Below are positions 33,691 through 48,358 of a DNA stretch of 64,000 nucleotides, one piece after another (position 1 is the first letter of the stretch; each line of letters opens with the position of its first letter). This stretch comes from Phoronis australis (taxonomy: Eukaryota > Animalia > Phoronida). The translations under genes were made by a program, and so were the position numbers. The notes under the pieces are model-generated. The model was not told the origin of the DNA, did not search any database, and saw only the letters and a list, made by a program, of their open reading frames with translations. Where the stretch lies: positions 154,330 to 218,329 of the forward strand of contig NMRA01000437.1 of the NCBI GenBank assembly GCA_002633005.1. Reading direction: 5' to 3'.

Positions 33691-34888
33691 TTTTTATGCG
33701 CCCACATATTTACATGTGGGTGCATATTGCCGTCATTTATGTCAGGGAGTCGGGGCGTCTGCGGCTGTATCTCCTAAACCCCTTGCAGGATCGTATTAAA
33801 ATTTGGCTGGTGTGTTCCTATGGGGTTGACAACACAGGGCGACGAGTTTCGGACCGACACGAATACCGCTGTGCCCCCTAGTGGCAGTTTTTTTTGCGCA
33901 ATGTCTATCTCCTAAACCGTTAGCAGGATCTTTTCTAAATTTAGGACATGTATTTATACTGTTATGATGTTGACAACGGATGACGATGACTTTCGGACAG
34001 ATCTGACTACTGGTATGCCCCCTGGTGGCAATTTTAGTTTTTTACGCTTACCTCTTTATCTTCAAAGGTCATAAAATTTGGCATATAGGCATCTCATTAG
34101 TGAGTTGCCGCTATCCTCTTGTTTCACATGGATTTGAGGTAGTTTGCGCCACCTAGTGGCCATTTTTACTGTTTTCGAGTCTGTTTTTGGCGTGTACCCC
34201 TCTATCAACCAAACCACTCTAAGGATGATTGTGAAAATTGGCATGTATATTAATTTTACTATAAAGATGACAGCTGGCGATGACTTTGGGAGGACTTCGA
34301 CTACTGTAGCGCCTCCTAGTGGCAGTTTTTTTTTGCGCCCATGGCTGTATCTCCTAAAACATTGGCAGGATCTTTACTAAATTTAGCAAGTGTGTTTATA
34401 TGATGTTGACAACGAACGATGAGGATTTTCGGATGGATCTGACTACTGGTGTGCCCCTGGTGGCAATTTTACTTTCACGTTTACCTCTATATCTTCAAAG
34501 GTCCTCAACCGATTTTGATAAAGTTTGAATACGGGCATCTGTATCTCCTAAACCCATTGGAGGATCTTTATTAAATTTAATTTGTGTTTTTATAGGAAGC
34601 TAACAACAGACAATGACGACTTTCAGGCGGATCCAATGAACAGTGTGCCCCTAGTGGCAATTTCATTTTATTCTGTTTTCCTTTGTTTCTCTGAAGTTCC
34701 AGAATGGATTTCTATGAAATTTGGTGTATAGCTTTCTGTTTAAGAAGCAATTACATGTTCCCATTTTCGGATGGATTGTATGTTTTTGCACCATCTAGTG
34801 GCCATTTTTATGACAAATAAACAACCCTAAAAGCAAACCATTTACGATGCATTCGTGGGCGCATTTCAACGCTCCGCGTTGCTCTTGT
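33691..34888 (+). mobile_element. Helentron-associated (HINE/DINE-1-like) non-autonomous element
   Basis: T-run, then subterminal IR ATGCGCCCAC (33696-33705) with a nearby inverted copy (33716-33725). Central degenerate tandem repeats (ctgtatctcctaaac...cctagtggca). 3' GTGGGCGCAT (34855-34864) is followed by the stem-loop CAACGC-TCC-GCGTTG. Confidence 0.7.
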
Positions 34889-37800
34889 AAGTTTGGCCAT
34901 CCTCATCTTTAGTCCGCGGTTGTGATGTTATTCCTGGTAACAGAAATCCCATGTCCTTTTACATTAAGATATATTCGGACACTGGTTCTATCAGTTTAAG
35001 TGGATTATTCATTTTTCAAAGTTTTTGGTAGCTAAACCGACGTGTAGTAAACGTATTGTTTATTAAATAGAATTGTCATAACTAGTGTTATTTTGTTCCA
35101 TGTTAAACAGCTGAAATACAAACTGAATATGATGCATTGATTTCAAGCCTCTTGTTTCGCCAAATGCTATTTCTATCAGTTTCGCTGGAGTGATTCACTT
35201 ATTATGCCAGTGGAATTGATTTTTCTTGTCAAAATAGCAGCCTTCCTGCTGTATGCTAATTAACAGTTGAAGGACTCAATTGTAACGTTGATGAGGTAAT
35301 ATTGCATCGATGTTCGTAAACTACAACAGAGAATGAAAATAAAGTTCTGCATATCTCGACTGCCATTTATTAACGTATTTTTTGTTATATTGATGTCATT
35401 TGTTAGATCAATGTCCTCTATAATTCCACTGCTGTCGGTTATCTGTTACAAAACAAAACGCTGTAAGTGGCTTGACTTAGATAAATGCATTACCAATCAC
35501 GATCCCTTGGCTTTACCAGGCAAACAGGACTGTGAACATTGTTGGGCACAGCCCCCCCNTTTGACTTCGTCAAACTTTCGACCTCCGTGGTCCCTATTGC
35601 TAGCGCTTCAAACTCTCATCTAGTCATCGCCAATTTTCGTGAGCCCCTCGCCATCCCGCGATTGGGCGTTAGGCATGCAGACTTTTTCTTCTTGGGAACA
35701 AACTACGGAGTAACCAATCTCTGTACCAAATCTCGCGAGTAAGGTTAAATTCTTTGCCTTGAGCACTTTACGTGGCTACTTTACGATTTCGACCTTTTAT
35801 GTAATGATGCATCTTTTATCAATTTCATTTATTTTAATAGGTTGCTAAAAAGTTTATACTGCCAAAATCATTATTTAAAAAGTGCACTATCTGAAGAAAT
35901 ACAAGGAGATAAACATCCCTTCGATAATTGACGATAACTTCGTGTCAAAATACGGGTTAGTTCCGTTTATTTCCGAGAGTCAAAATTAGGCCTTAAGTCA
36001 AGATTTCAGTTGTTGAATGTAAGCCACATTTACATGAACTGACAACCTTCTAGAAATCTGAAGTTGTAATACACTTTGTGAAAATTTTATGACAAGAGCG
36101 AACTCATTACCTTGCCAGACATACTGAGCACAGCTTTCTTATACTGGGCGTGCAGTGAATCATCATCCGATGAATGAGGTACGCTGCTCCGAAATATACC
36201 AGTATGGCCCAGGATAGCAATACTCCTTTGAACAGTCGCAGTCATGATAAGGCAACAATGGCAATATAAATAGCGTGCCATATTTTAGGTATTTTCAAAA
36301 GATTAAACCATGGCCGGGAAACCACTCTACTCGCTCACGCTCGATTTTTGTTAGATATTTACGTAAACAATCTCGTATACCTAAAAATATCTAACTGCTC
36401 TCTAAGTTGGGAGTTAACTTGTTTATGCTTTATTTAAGGCCAGTTCCCTACCATATGCATCAATTTGCCAAGTATGGTCGCTTTTAGGTCAGCTGTTGTC
36501 TTATAAGCTTCACGGTGTTTGCGTCTCACTAAAGACAGCGAAATTAAAGCCCAACGATATTTATTCAGACTACCAGTAAATCTAAATTGATCTTTTGTTT
36601 GTTTGACGTCACCAAGGTTCGTGCATCTTGGGCCCGACATCAGGACTGGGTCCCACTCTATGAACTAGAAATAAGTTGAAACTAATTTCGGAAAAAATAT
36701 GCAGATGAGTGCTTAAATGACATTCGCAGTGTCAATTATCAATTGGCATCTAGTCTAATGGAATCCAGAGACAGCGTTTCGTTTACGACGTATTAGATGA
36801 GCGCCGCTCACTGAACAGAGGCAATACCGGTAGATTTCTCCCACCGGAAACAATCGTTTGATACGATCATTGCACCTAACACTGCATGGTGCTGTCGGAA
36901 CACGTGCGCAAACTGATCGAGCCAGCTGTAAACGAGATGCGTGTTGTGGAGTGAATTTTCATGTGTGTTGGCAACCTAGGGATACTCCTTTAAGAGGCAT
37001 ACACAGGATTTGTCGTTCAGTGTTTTTTTTTGAGTTAAGGTACTCTTGGTTTATAAACTTTGGGGTGCCTTTTCTGATTGAAAAGGCGCCCCATGAACAT
37101 TCCGTCCGAAAGAACCCGCTTTATGGGGTTGGGAAAAGGGTCAAATTTTGCTACAGATTAAATACTTCATGAATAAATACTATATTTCATAAGAAACCCT
37201 GATAAACTTTATCAACGTGCAGAATGAAATTGATACTAAGCAATAAATCATCTAATCAAAATCATATAGATCGAGTTTTTGATAATGGCTGTGAACAAAT
37301 ACTCCAACCAAATCCGAAGACCGTCTGATGGCCACCACATCACAGCAAATTTGCAACTTCATCATAAAAATGTCACAACTACTGTCGTCGGTGCGCTTAC
37401 TAAGATGGCATTCCGACATGAATTCCATGGTGAGCGTCCGTTGTTCTGGTAGAACAGACGTTTCGAGAAACCGCGAAAGCGTGGATGTTTTGCAGATGAC
37501 GTATTATCAATGGCAGGCTTCAGCACACACATTACACGCATTAGTGGACGGCATTATTCCGACAAAGACATTGCTTTTCAAAGGCAGAGAGAACAAGCCA
37601 GTGAAGAATTTCTCAGTCTTCAGGCTGGGCCTTGATGACTTCTTCTCAAGTAGCTTTCGCTGTCACCTGAGACATTAGGCCAGCTTAGCAAACATCGTAG
37701 AATATCTCGTTGGATTCTGTTTCCCAAGTGATCAGGGCCATCAGATCTCGTGCCTTAAAGAGACATGGAACGCGAAAGCTCATCAAAAATATCTTTTAAA

Positions 37801-38689
37801 CAATTGTTGACGAAAGCACCATCTCGCACGTCTACTGCAGAGTTATTCGCTTTCCCCAGTGAGGGATTTCAGACAAAATCACAAACGATTTTTGAAATAT
37901 GCGAGTATGAATTACTTTGTAGTCACTACAGAGTTTCTACTCTCCTTCACACATATGACAAATGCGCGCATGCGCTCACAGCCATTCCACCAACAGCTGT
38001 CTGACAAAATGCAAAGTAACGGCAGATTATCGCGTGTGATCGCACTCCGAATCTGAAGTCGCCAGCACAGCATGAGGCAAGCCAGAGAAGCAAGCAATTT
38101 CCAAAAATAATCTTTTACTATTTGCATTCAATCCCTTACAGGGCCAAGTACGTGTAGGTGTAGTCGAAATTACAGACTTCAAACTGGAATAAGTAAGCGG
38201 TGAAAAAACTTTCCGTTAACAAAATCACTGAACTGCATTCGGTCCCAACGGCGGATCCAGGAATTTGATTTGGGGAGCAAGACCACTGACACTGTGTGCG
38301 TTCTAAAATCAGAAATGAAATTAGAACTTTTATTCTCATAAAACCGACCGGGTCTCACAATGTTCCTCCCAGTGATAAGATTCTGTTCCCGTTACCACCA
38401 TGAACACGGAAACCACTAGTGACTCCAGAAAAGCGCTTCAGAATTTATAGGGGATGGCTAACCCTAAAATTGCGAATTCGAAAATGGCGTCTTTACTCAC
38501 TTTCTGTGTCTGCGTTAGCAGCACGAATTCCGTTGGGGGTAAGGTATCACGGGACTTATACAAGAGTAAAAATCTTAAATTGATTTTCGTGTTTAGCCCG
38601 CTAAACGTCGCTGTCATGAGAATCCGTGGTCATTTATTTTAACGCATTTTCCCTTCTGTATTTCAAAACTTGGATTTTGCAAGCTTATC

Positions 38690-40620
38690 TCAAAGAAGGG
38701 AATATTGAATCATATAGCCTACCATCAACAGCGGAATTTAGTTACGAAAATGAAACGAGTCAGCCTACGATCATATTTCTCAAACAGATGTAGCGAAGGC
38801 CCCAACTACAAAAACTTCTGGCCTACAATCAAACCTTTCCTCTCAAAAAAGGCCATACAACCGACATCAGGACCATAATCTCCCACGAAAATCAAACTAT
38901 TTCCGACCAAACAAGAGTATGCTCAGTCTTCAATGACTTTTTCATCAACGTAGCCAAAGGCTTAGGAAATATGACCGACCCCACTAACGAGAAACACCCC
39001 AGTCTCCATGTTATTTCTAACATAGGAAAAGACGCTGATGATTTTCATTTTCAAAAAGTGTCTGTAAAGATCTGTATCGGACTACACTGTACATGAACTC
39101 GCTAAGCTCCCGGAAAGCTACTGGTATCGATAATATACCAGCCAGACTTCTTAAGAGCTTGTTCGCGAATGGACCAGGCAGAGGGTGATAAACGCTATGT
39201 CACAGATTCTCTTTATATTTTGTCTGTGAGATGACACTGACCCCCCTGACTCCAGACCACCTTTATTTTTTTTCAAAACGCCCCCTTTTGGTTTCCATGG
39301 ATACTATTTGTTTCCGACAAGTTTTCAGCCTGGCGGCACTTAAGTTTTAGTAAAATTCCGACAGTTAAGTTACGCAGAGGAAGTAACGTTGAAATATTGA
39401 ACCTGTGTTATTGATCAGGTGTGACCTTCGTCTACTTTATTCATGAAAATTTAAAAGATTTCGATAATTTTTTGTCTGTTTTTAGAGCCGCATAAGATGA
39501 GTACTTTTAGTGATTTTGGAAACTGTCAAAATTGGCTAAATTCGTATCTCGATATCTCAGCTGGCACAGNGGGCCCCCTGGGCCCCCCCCTAAATCCGCC
39601 TATGTTTCTGATCTCCAAACTTAAAGCTTACAAATTTTATGACAATGCCGTATCCCTTCTTGGGAATTATCTCTCCAAAAGGAAACAGCAAGTGAAACTA
39701 GGCCAACACTCCAGTGAATGGGGCCAAATATACAAGGAAGTACCTAGTCAAGAATCCATCATGGGACCCCTTCTCTTCAATATCTTCATCAATGACATCT
39801 TCTTCTTTGTGAAAAAAATCTACACTGGTCAACTACGCAGATGACAACACCCTCTCCTCTGTTAACAACCCACTCTCCGTCACTGAAACCCTGAGACAAG
39901 ATAGCGAATCACTCATCAACTGGTTCTCTGTAAATGGCATGCAAGCAAATCCTGACAAATTCCAAGCAATCTGCATAGGAAAAATGAACACATTTTGTAA
40001 AACTTTCACCATTGGAAATTGCCAAATACCTTGTGAACCTAAAGTTAAACTTCTAGGAATATCCACTGTCACCAATCTAACTTTTGACTCCCATATTTCG
40101 GACATTTACAAAAAGCCTCACAGCAAATAAACGTTTTAAGAAGAATTGGACACCACCTTAAGATAAACGGCAGACTTGCAATTTTTCACTCCTTCATCCT
40201 TTCAAATTTCAACTACCGCCCCCTCTCATGGCATTTTCGCTCGAAAGAAAATACACTCAAACTAGAAAAACTTCAACTTACAACGACGATGTTAACACGC
40301 ACGAACAACTACTCACACCAGCTAACAAACCACCTATCATCTACACAGACTTTGATTTATTGCAATAGAAGTATTTAAAATCCTTTATGGCGAATCACCC
40401 AAGCCACTTCTTTCACTTTTAAAGAAGCAAGAAAACAATTACTACAGCAACCTTTTAGATATTCCGCAAGTTAAATCTGTCAAATATGGTAAAAAGTCTT
40501 TTCGCTTCGAGGCTGCTCGGGTCTGGGACAGACAACAGAGTCTTTCACTATTTTTCGTGGACTGATCCAGACCTGGACCGGCCCCGAACACATCTGTTCT
40601 CTTTGTAAACACTCCAGGTT
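38690..40620 (+). mobile_element. Decayed CR1/L2-group LINE reverse transcriptase region, interrupted at ~39155-39600 by another insertion and an assembly N
   Basis: RKATGIDNIPARLLK; SKLKAY..; RKQQVKLG..SEW..IYKEVP.QESIMGPLLFNIFINDIF; NYADDNTL; WFSVNGMQANPDKFQAI. Several frameshifts. Confidence 0.88.
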
Positions 40621-42659
40621 ATGCTGTAATTAGTGTATACCATCGTTTCTTTTATGATTTATCTAGATTATAGCATTTACACGTGTACCTATTATTGTTT
40701 ATGCTCTGACCCTAGTATATACTTTAGCAATTACGACAACTTAATTTTTATTTACACCTCTAACTTAATTTCCATTTTCGTCACGTTGCTGTTAAATTTA
40801 ATGTCGTAGAAATAGCTCAACGGGCTAATGTTAATCTGTTTCTTCGAGCGACGTTAAATAAAAATTCTTGATGCTTCATTCTTGTTATTACTTTGTCATG
40901 AACAACATTCTTTATCCGCGTTACGAGTGTTTATTTGAGTACACCTGTAGGCAACATATTCAAAGGTTACTAAATATTTTTAGTTTAAAACATTGATTTG
41001 TGTTTGATAGGACTACGAGTTCTAAAAAGTGATCAATTTCTCATTGTCTTCACTTAACAGACACCTCATCAAGTAACAGATCTGGATGCGATGGCTAGCC
41101 TACGTGCGGGATGTCTGAAGCGCGTGACGTGTGGTTTCTCTGCAAACTTTGATGATCAGGGTCTTTCATGTTGATCGTTCGTTTTCCATTAAAACGTCAA
41201 AACAGAAATATTTTCATAAGCATAACTTGTAACTTTTGTGTATTTTCTTAGTAAGCAACGGTTAAAAATATCAAAATACCCTTTTAAAGAAATAAGTAGG
41301 CCACAGCACGTCAATCAGTCCTTGTATGCGAGCGACGGGCGTATTAGGCGGGAGGAGCAATTTCCCTCAGAATTGGGAGCATTCAAGAAAATTCAGGCAG
41401 TAGAGTATCCAGTGGAAATATATGGAAAAACAATAAAGAAGAAAGATTGAAATTGGCGGTGACCGAGGATGGAAAATAGTTGTCGAGCGAGTGGGAGAGA
41501 CTTGGTGGAGACCGGGGGCGGGTGAAATTGGTGTGCTAGCAACCGGTGGGGGTGGGAGTGAAATCGGTGGTGACCGAGCAAATTCGTGACGAAAAGGCCG
41601 GGAGACGGTGCTTACAATCAGGGGAGCGGCCAATAAACGGGCAAAACTTTGTCACGTGCCTCCCAGTCGGGCAGCCAGGTCCAGTGTAGAGTTCAGTAAC
41701 GCTAGGACCTACGCTAGGACCTCGCTAAAATGCCAGACCTCGTGAGAATACCTGAGATATTGCCGTGTATGAGAAAACGGGATTTTAGACAGATTTTTCT
41801 AGTCTCAAGACAGCTACTGATCTTCACCCAGGGGTCGGTTTCATGAAAAGTTACGTAACACTATAGACAGAAATTTTGTCTTACGGTTCCTTTTCACAAT
41901 TGCTGAATAAAGGTCCAGACAAGTAATTACAAGCGCATATTTAAAGTCCAGAAATACTTATAGAAATGTTCACAGCATACTAGCAGTTATAGTATTCTCA
42001 GAATCTTTACATTTTTCTCAAATGAGATTTGAGTACTTTTAAAAATAATTGTGTAGAGCTCAACGCCAAATTTCTTATCGACCCTAGGACTGGTGATCCT
42101 ATGGCAACAGGACCACTGATAAGCTAGCCCTAACTGTGGCCTGAATTGACGATTTTTCCAGTCTGCCGGTGTGCCCATGAAGACATAAAAGGATGGCTCT
42201 AGTTAAAGCTACATGTACATTTTGCCCTGGCTATTTTGGTGTCTGAAACAAAAATCGAATTTACTCTCATAATCCTTACTGTAATAGCATTCTTTTTCCG
42301 CTACCACAAGTATATCGAATCCATCTGTGACTAGAAAACGCTTCAGATTTTGTTGGATCTGGCCAATCCCAAAAAATGCGAATTAAAAAATGTAGCATGT
42401 ATGGTTTACGAGTAACGTTAGTTGGTAACGGTAATAGAATGGGTAAGGAATAATTCGAGTCCGATTTGATGAAACTGAAAGGCTTAATTCGGATTTCGTT
42501 TTTGTAGCCAGGTAAAGATGGTGAAACGCATCTTTAATGTTTTACGTTTAGATTTCCAAGAATCATTTTAAGTGCGCGCCTCGCGTCATTGGCTCGAGCG
42601 CATGAAACATTTTAGTGACGTGCTATGATTTTTGAACTTGCACTAAAACTGTCAGTTTC

Positions 42660-43227
42660 CTGTGGCGGATTTAACGGGGGGGGGGCGCAAGGGGGTCATG
42701 CCCCCCTGAAATTCTCACATATTCCATTTGGCACTTTGGGGGTTCAAATGTCTGAAGGGACTAACCTGGCTAATACTCTTACCTGGGCCCCCCGTAACTC
42801 AAAATCCAGGATCCGCCCCTGGGCCCGGTCTCCAATCTTTTTACTCGAAATGGAACTCGAAATTAGGTTTGGCATTTTCTACTCTACTTTTGGGCGAACT
42901 CAAGATAAGTGTTTATTATTCTATGCTCGAGTACACAATAACTTACGTAGATAATTTATTGCCCTTAGTTCACAGTTTGTAAACCCAATATTAAAGCAAT
43001 AAGTTCGAGTTTGAACTTGAAATTTCGAGTTTTTACTCGAGTTTGTAGCTAGAATATAAGGGTCTTCAAGGGCAAACTTGAAGTAGAAACTCCTATGCAT
43101 AAAATATATGTATTCGAGCACAGTCTGATAACCAATTATCTTAAGTTCACTCGAAAGGAGCAGAGAAATTGCCAAAAATAGTTTCGAGTTCGTTTCGAGT
43201 ACAAAGATTAGAGACCGGGCCCTGCTG
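42660..43227. mobile_element. Nested MITEs: CAG(T/G)GGCGGAT-family element with a GGCCCGGTCTC-TIR element inserted at its right end
   Basis: Outer element c(t)gtggcggattt...ggatccgcccctg with GTTTC on both flanks (42655-42659, 43228-43232). Inner ~42822-43221 has long imperfect TIRs (ggcccggtctc.aatcttt.tactcgaaa..gaactcgaaa) flanked by CTG. Confidence 0.7.
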
Positions 43228-44864
43228 GTTTCACCACTTGTAACCGTGGAAGCTGGTTGGAGCCGGTTGGGGCAGGTCGGGTGACAGTCAATGCAACCTG
43301 AAAAGTGCATTGTGCCGCTCATGTTTCAATTTCCTGTCACAGGTTTCGGTTGTTTGTTCCCCATTTCGATATGAATTTGGGAAGTCTGTTCCGATTAATT
43401 GAAGTGGATAAAAAGTGAGTTGTTGCTGAATACTTCAGTTTGGGTATGATTATATTCTGCACGGTACAAATATTGACAAGCTTTTCAAATCACCAAAACG
43501 ATAGCGTTATAATTTGAATATTTTTCCGTATCCGAGATGCAAATATTAGTCATTTAAACCTACTTCTAAGCAGACATTTCTAACTCTTAGATTATGCATG
43601 GGTTCTATTTTCTTATTTTGGCTCGGTGTAAATATTGCCCCAGATTTCGGAAGCACATAAATACATCCCCTACTCTACATAATAACTGCATCAAACCGTG
43701 TTTTGTGAACCTGTGAATCGTGTTCGGCGATCGGAGACCAATGTTTGCGAGTCGGTGTGAGTTTACCGGGAAGAGATTCTTCTAAAAGCGACGGAGAGTG
43801 GTATTCCCAGGGAATGTTCCAGAGAGTGACAGCCGTATTGTTCCATTCGCCACCCTGGCCAGTTATTATCACCAAACACTTGTGTGCGTTTGCTAAAATG
43901 TAAAAAGGAAATTCTAAATAGGTTTACAAGCACGTACCGGAAAGTTGGTTATAAAGTAGACCAACAATAAAGTGTTTTCAAGAGGAAATTAAATGTGCGC
44001 GTTAGTCCGAAATATCGCATTGTGTGAGACCGTGTTACTTGTCATATTTTGAAGTCCCGCGAAACTATGGTGTGCCCGGTGTCAAAAAAACTGTTTCCAC
44101 TCAGGCGCATTTACTAACATTATTGTCCTTGTTTGATTTGAAATTTGTTACAACAAAACGCATAGAACTCCCTTGGCAGCGATGCTACCTTGGCGACTGC
44201 AAGAGGTAACCCGAAGTAACGAGCAACTTCACAGGTGCCAAGTACCAACGATCTAGAAACCAGTTCTAATATGAGTAAGAAATAAAATGAGGTCTAAGTC
44301 AACTTTTTGAGAAGACGAGTTCTTTAAAAGGACATTTATGAAACTGTCAGCCTCATTTATATTCCGCTGTGATGAACAGTTTTGCGTTTTTTGCTTGTTT
44401 GTGCGTACGTCTCAGATCTCACGTTTTTCTGATCGCACAATACGGTCGAGATGAAATCACACACAAGATGGCCATTTTCTGAATTTTCGTTTCTAGGAGC
44501 TTTAAGTTGACATTTGATATGTAAATAGACCTGTTCAAGAGCAATCTAAACTTCCCCATCAGTTTCTCGCAACGACATACGTTTTCAAGATTTTCGAGCT
44601 TCTCTGTCGCCTGAAGCTGAAATCAAACGGAGACTTTTCTAATGATTCACTCACCCCAACGTTCAAGAACAACAGAGATTCTGTCCTATCATTTGCATGA
44701 CACGTACATGTACCATATTTTTCGTCCAACTGAGTTGGAATTTTAACGCATGTTGTGACCTCATTATCTCAAGATTACAGATATCTAGTTGCAGTTATTT
44801 TTTGAATATTTATTACGGAAAATGCAATGAACAATATAGAGTTAAGCCCAGAAAGCGCTAGAAG

Positions 44865-44955
44865 TCATCATCACACCACACACCAAAATCATAATCATCG
44901 TCATCATCATCGTCATGACGACGACCACCACTATCATTATCATCGTCATCATGAC
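44865..44955. repeat. Degenerate (CAT)n microsatellite
   Basis: CAT/CGT/CAC triplet run, the source of the spurious His-rich ORF at 44827. Confidence 0.8.
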
Positions 44956-47900
44956 CGTGTTTCAATCAATTTCACCAAGAGTTACTGTACGAGGTTGAGC
45001 TTTATTCATTACCAAACTTCTCATCTAATATTCAATTTCGCCATGTATCATTTCTGGAGCTCTTCCGTTCACGTGTTACGTGAGCCAAATTAGTTGTTCA
45101 GGTTTCATTATCCACGATTACGTCATTTTCGATGTAAGGACACTGGACTATCTTCCGGAACGGAAGTATTACATACATAAAGTGGTGACCTTTTGAAATA
45201 TCACCTGTCATGAAATACTATTGCATAATATCACAAGGCACATTTTAGACAATTGTGAATTCGGTTTCCAATCCTAATATATCGAAAATGGCCAACTTAA
45301 CAGCTGGCCTATATTTTGATGAGCAGAAAATTTTCAAGCACTTTAAGTATGGCTTTTTCCGTTCATCAACCGTTTGATAAGTGGACATTTCCTAAAACTC
45401 GACGTCAATCATTTTTCAGAGCTACCTACGGTATCAAACCTTAATTAAGGCGTGCTAATTTTCTGGAATGAAATTAAAATAAAAATTAGGGGGGTTTCAT
45501 TTGCAATGGTTAATGGCTGAAACTGAACAATGATGTGTCTCAAACTGATTCCTGTTTTATATTTGCACGCCAAAGGGGTCGCTTTTCACTTTGTAGCTAG
45601 GTTCTCGTTCGTTCTCGTACACACATCCATTTCTTAATAAAAGATTCTCAGGATAATATTTTAAATTTAAACTTGATTTGTTTTTGTTTTTACTTTGAGC
45701 TGGTGTAAGTTATTTCCCGGCTTAGGACAATTAGGGTGCTCTCACAGAAGGTGCATACGGGACGTGTTAGGCGGATTCAGGGGAACTCCGTGACTCTCCT
45801 AATCCTCCGCCCTACAGACGCGACAAAAGGGAAAAAGGAGTCACCGATACCATGCTTTTAGGGGTTACGCCAACATTCTCTTTTAAAAATTGTGGTTGGT
45901 CTCTCTCTGGCGACATCCCAAACCGCCCTAGCACAAACGTTTGCCTTCACTGGCATAACTTAAGCACCCGAAAAGCACGGTTCATGGACTCGCGTCCTCT
46001 AAGAAACACGTTTCAATATTACGTAGTGGTTCACGAATATAAAGGGCAGAGGAATAAATTCCACAGTCACCTCCTTCCATTGTTTGATTAGTTTTTCACA
46101 AAAGTGTTTAGCTTTTTGACTCCGGCTGGGATCGAAATTTTCCCACTTCATGAGCTGCAGCCAATGGCTTTGTAGCGGATATGAAACACGATGTCTTTGT
46201 TCATCCATTAATATTTTAAAAGGTTTGACTTAAGACATTAGTACATACCACCGCACAGAAGAGGAAATTTACAGGCATTATAATGGCAGGTGAGAAACCA
46301 GAACGCTTTTAACCAGTAGGTTGAAAGTCCCCTCCCTGTAGGTGGCGCTGAACGCTTGTCCACCAAAGACTTGATTGTTGTTTGGCGGGTTAGTGAGTTT
46401 CAATATGGCGCGACTATTTCGAAAGTCACCTATTTAGACCTCTGTTATTCCATGAGACAGTGGCGGATTAACAACGAAGCAGAAGTAGCATTTGCTACGT
46501 GCCCCGCACTTTTTGGGGCTTCGCTCTCGTGGATTTTTATGTAAACCGCTAAACGCATGCGCGTTTCAGTTGAGTGCGAACCTGATTTTTGTTGTGGCGG
46601 CCCCTTCAGTATGTTAAGGGTCAGGGATGCGGGACCCCACTGAGTAAGCGATGTTCAAATAATTGTAGGTGTCACAGTGCCTCTCAAAGCTCACGCTTGC
46701 ACACAAAAACCGCGGACCTTTAAAAGTGCAGAGACACCGCAAGGCGGCAAGCATTCATTTGTTTGATATTTTAACTATTCTTGAATTTACGGTATTTGTT
46801 TTATTAAATACAGAGCGGAAAATTATAATGTATATATTTGACATGGGTAGCATTCTTGCTATAGTATTTGGTACAAGCGCGGGGCTTCAGATTAGCGGTG
46901 TACTGTGAATTAACATGAACTCGTCCAGTCCGACCAACAGCTATATAGGGTTGCCCACTTAGATGACACTGGCTGTCTCATCAGTTAGAAACCGCCTCAG
47001 TTGCTTTCCTTCTCAAAAGTGAAAATTACACATATTTTTCTTTTTTTGAGAAAATCGTTGTATGAGTACTTGAGTAGGTGCCCCGCGCTTCGAGTTGTGC
47101 CACGGGTGCCGCAAATGCTTACATGTAATCCACTGAGACATTTTGATTACTAGTGGAGGATGTAGGTCCGGCCGTGGAGCCTTGTTTATAGACTGTAGCG
47201 TGTTTATAAGCGGTTCACAAGTGTGAGAGCTGTGTAGTTCGAGTAGCCTGAACATTTCATAAGCCCCATGCAGCACCATATCGAACTTCAAAGTTAATTC
47301 TAACTGATGTCCTTACGGTGGAATAAGAGGGAGCGGAAACGTACCTTAATCTTCATTTGGTCCTGGGCCACGAATATAAAATTTTGAATGCTACTTAGTC
47401 ACGTCGAAATAGTGTTTCACCCAATAACAAACTACTGTTGTTCTACAAAAGTGTGCTGACTCTGTTTTTCCTCAGTACAAGCGAGACTGTTTATTTCTAA
47501 CGTACACAACTCACCAATAACAGATTGTTCAAGCAGTCACGTCTAAAAGGCAACGAAAAATGCTCAAGTTCTGAATCAAATGTATTTTTTTCTTTCTTCC
47601 CAGTTGCATACAATCTACGTGTACTACATTGTAGATCGGCTTTGTCTGATAAACAACATGCCATTTTAGCTAATTTGCTAATTCGCATTGTGCAGTAACT
47701 ACTATCTAAATACATGTGCAATCTACACAGCCAAGACCATGTTTTGTAAGATATGTCTACGAATGTTTAAATTACCCAACGAATGCTTTTACCAAAGGGC
47801 ACGTGCACTTGACCTGCACACTCATTCATGAGAAACGGAAATTCCATGTATGAATGGCCATGTTTGCCACAGTCGCGTTCATCAGTTAGGGTTGTTATTC

Positions 47901-48358
47901 TCCATTTTCAAAACCGAAGATATCTCTACCGTTAAAATGATCAGTAATGGTAAAATTTCACAGGGATAACAGCAGAATAGCAACGAACCTTTGGGAAGGT
48001 TTGGAGTGCTTGGGTAATCTGGTAATGCTTTTATAGCGGAAAATAACGACATCCGCAATAACGATACCCACCAAGCTCAATGACAGTAACCGTTGGACAA
48101 CATTTGCCAGCGATGAAGGTCTTGTCTAAATGATGGTCGCAGCCGTATTGTGTAGCTAAGTGCATCCGGCGCGACTGACCTTAGATCCGCGGTGATATAT
48201 TCTATCTTCTGTAAACACATTAAAAATAGCTACACCATTTGGGCAGGAAGTCTAGAAGGAAAAAGCCATGAGCTTTGACTGCGAGGGAATTCATTGCACC
48301 TTTACCAGCCGATAGAATTGAGGTGCCCTCCGGTCAAGGCAGAGTACTACCATTTAAC

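Noticed and set aside
41367-41633. Pro-rich minus-strand ORF (SPPISLPPPP...)
   Set aside because: Arises from short GC-rich degenerate repeats (gaaat.gg.ggtgaccgag) that are probably part of a repeat element; no exon context.
44827-45093. His-rich 88-aa ORF as a metal-binding protein
   Set aside because: Translation of a (CAT)n microsatellite with no splice or domain support.
48275-48358. Upstream extension of the lectin ORF from a TTG start
   Set aside because: Eukaryotic gene; the ATG at 48359 directly begins a signal peptide.
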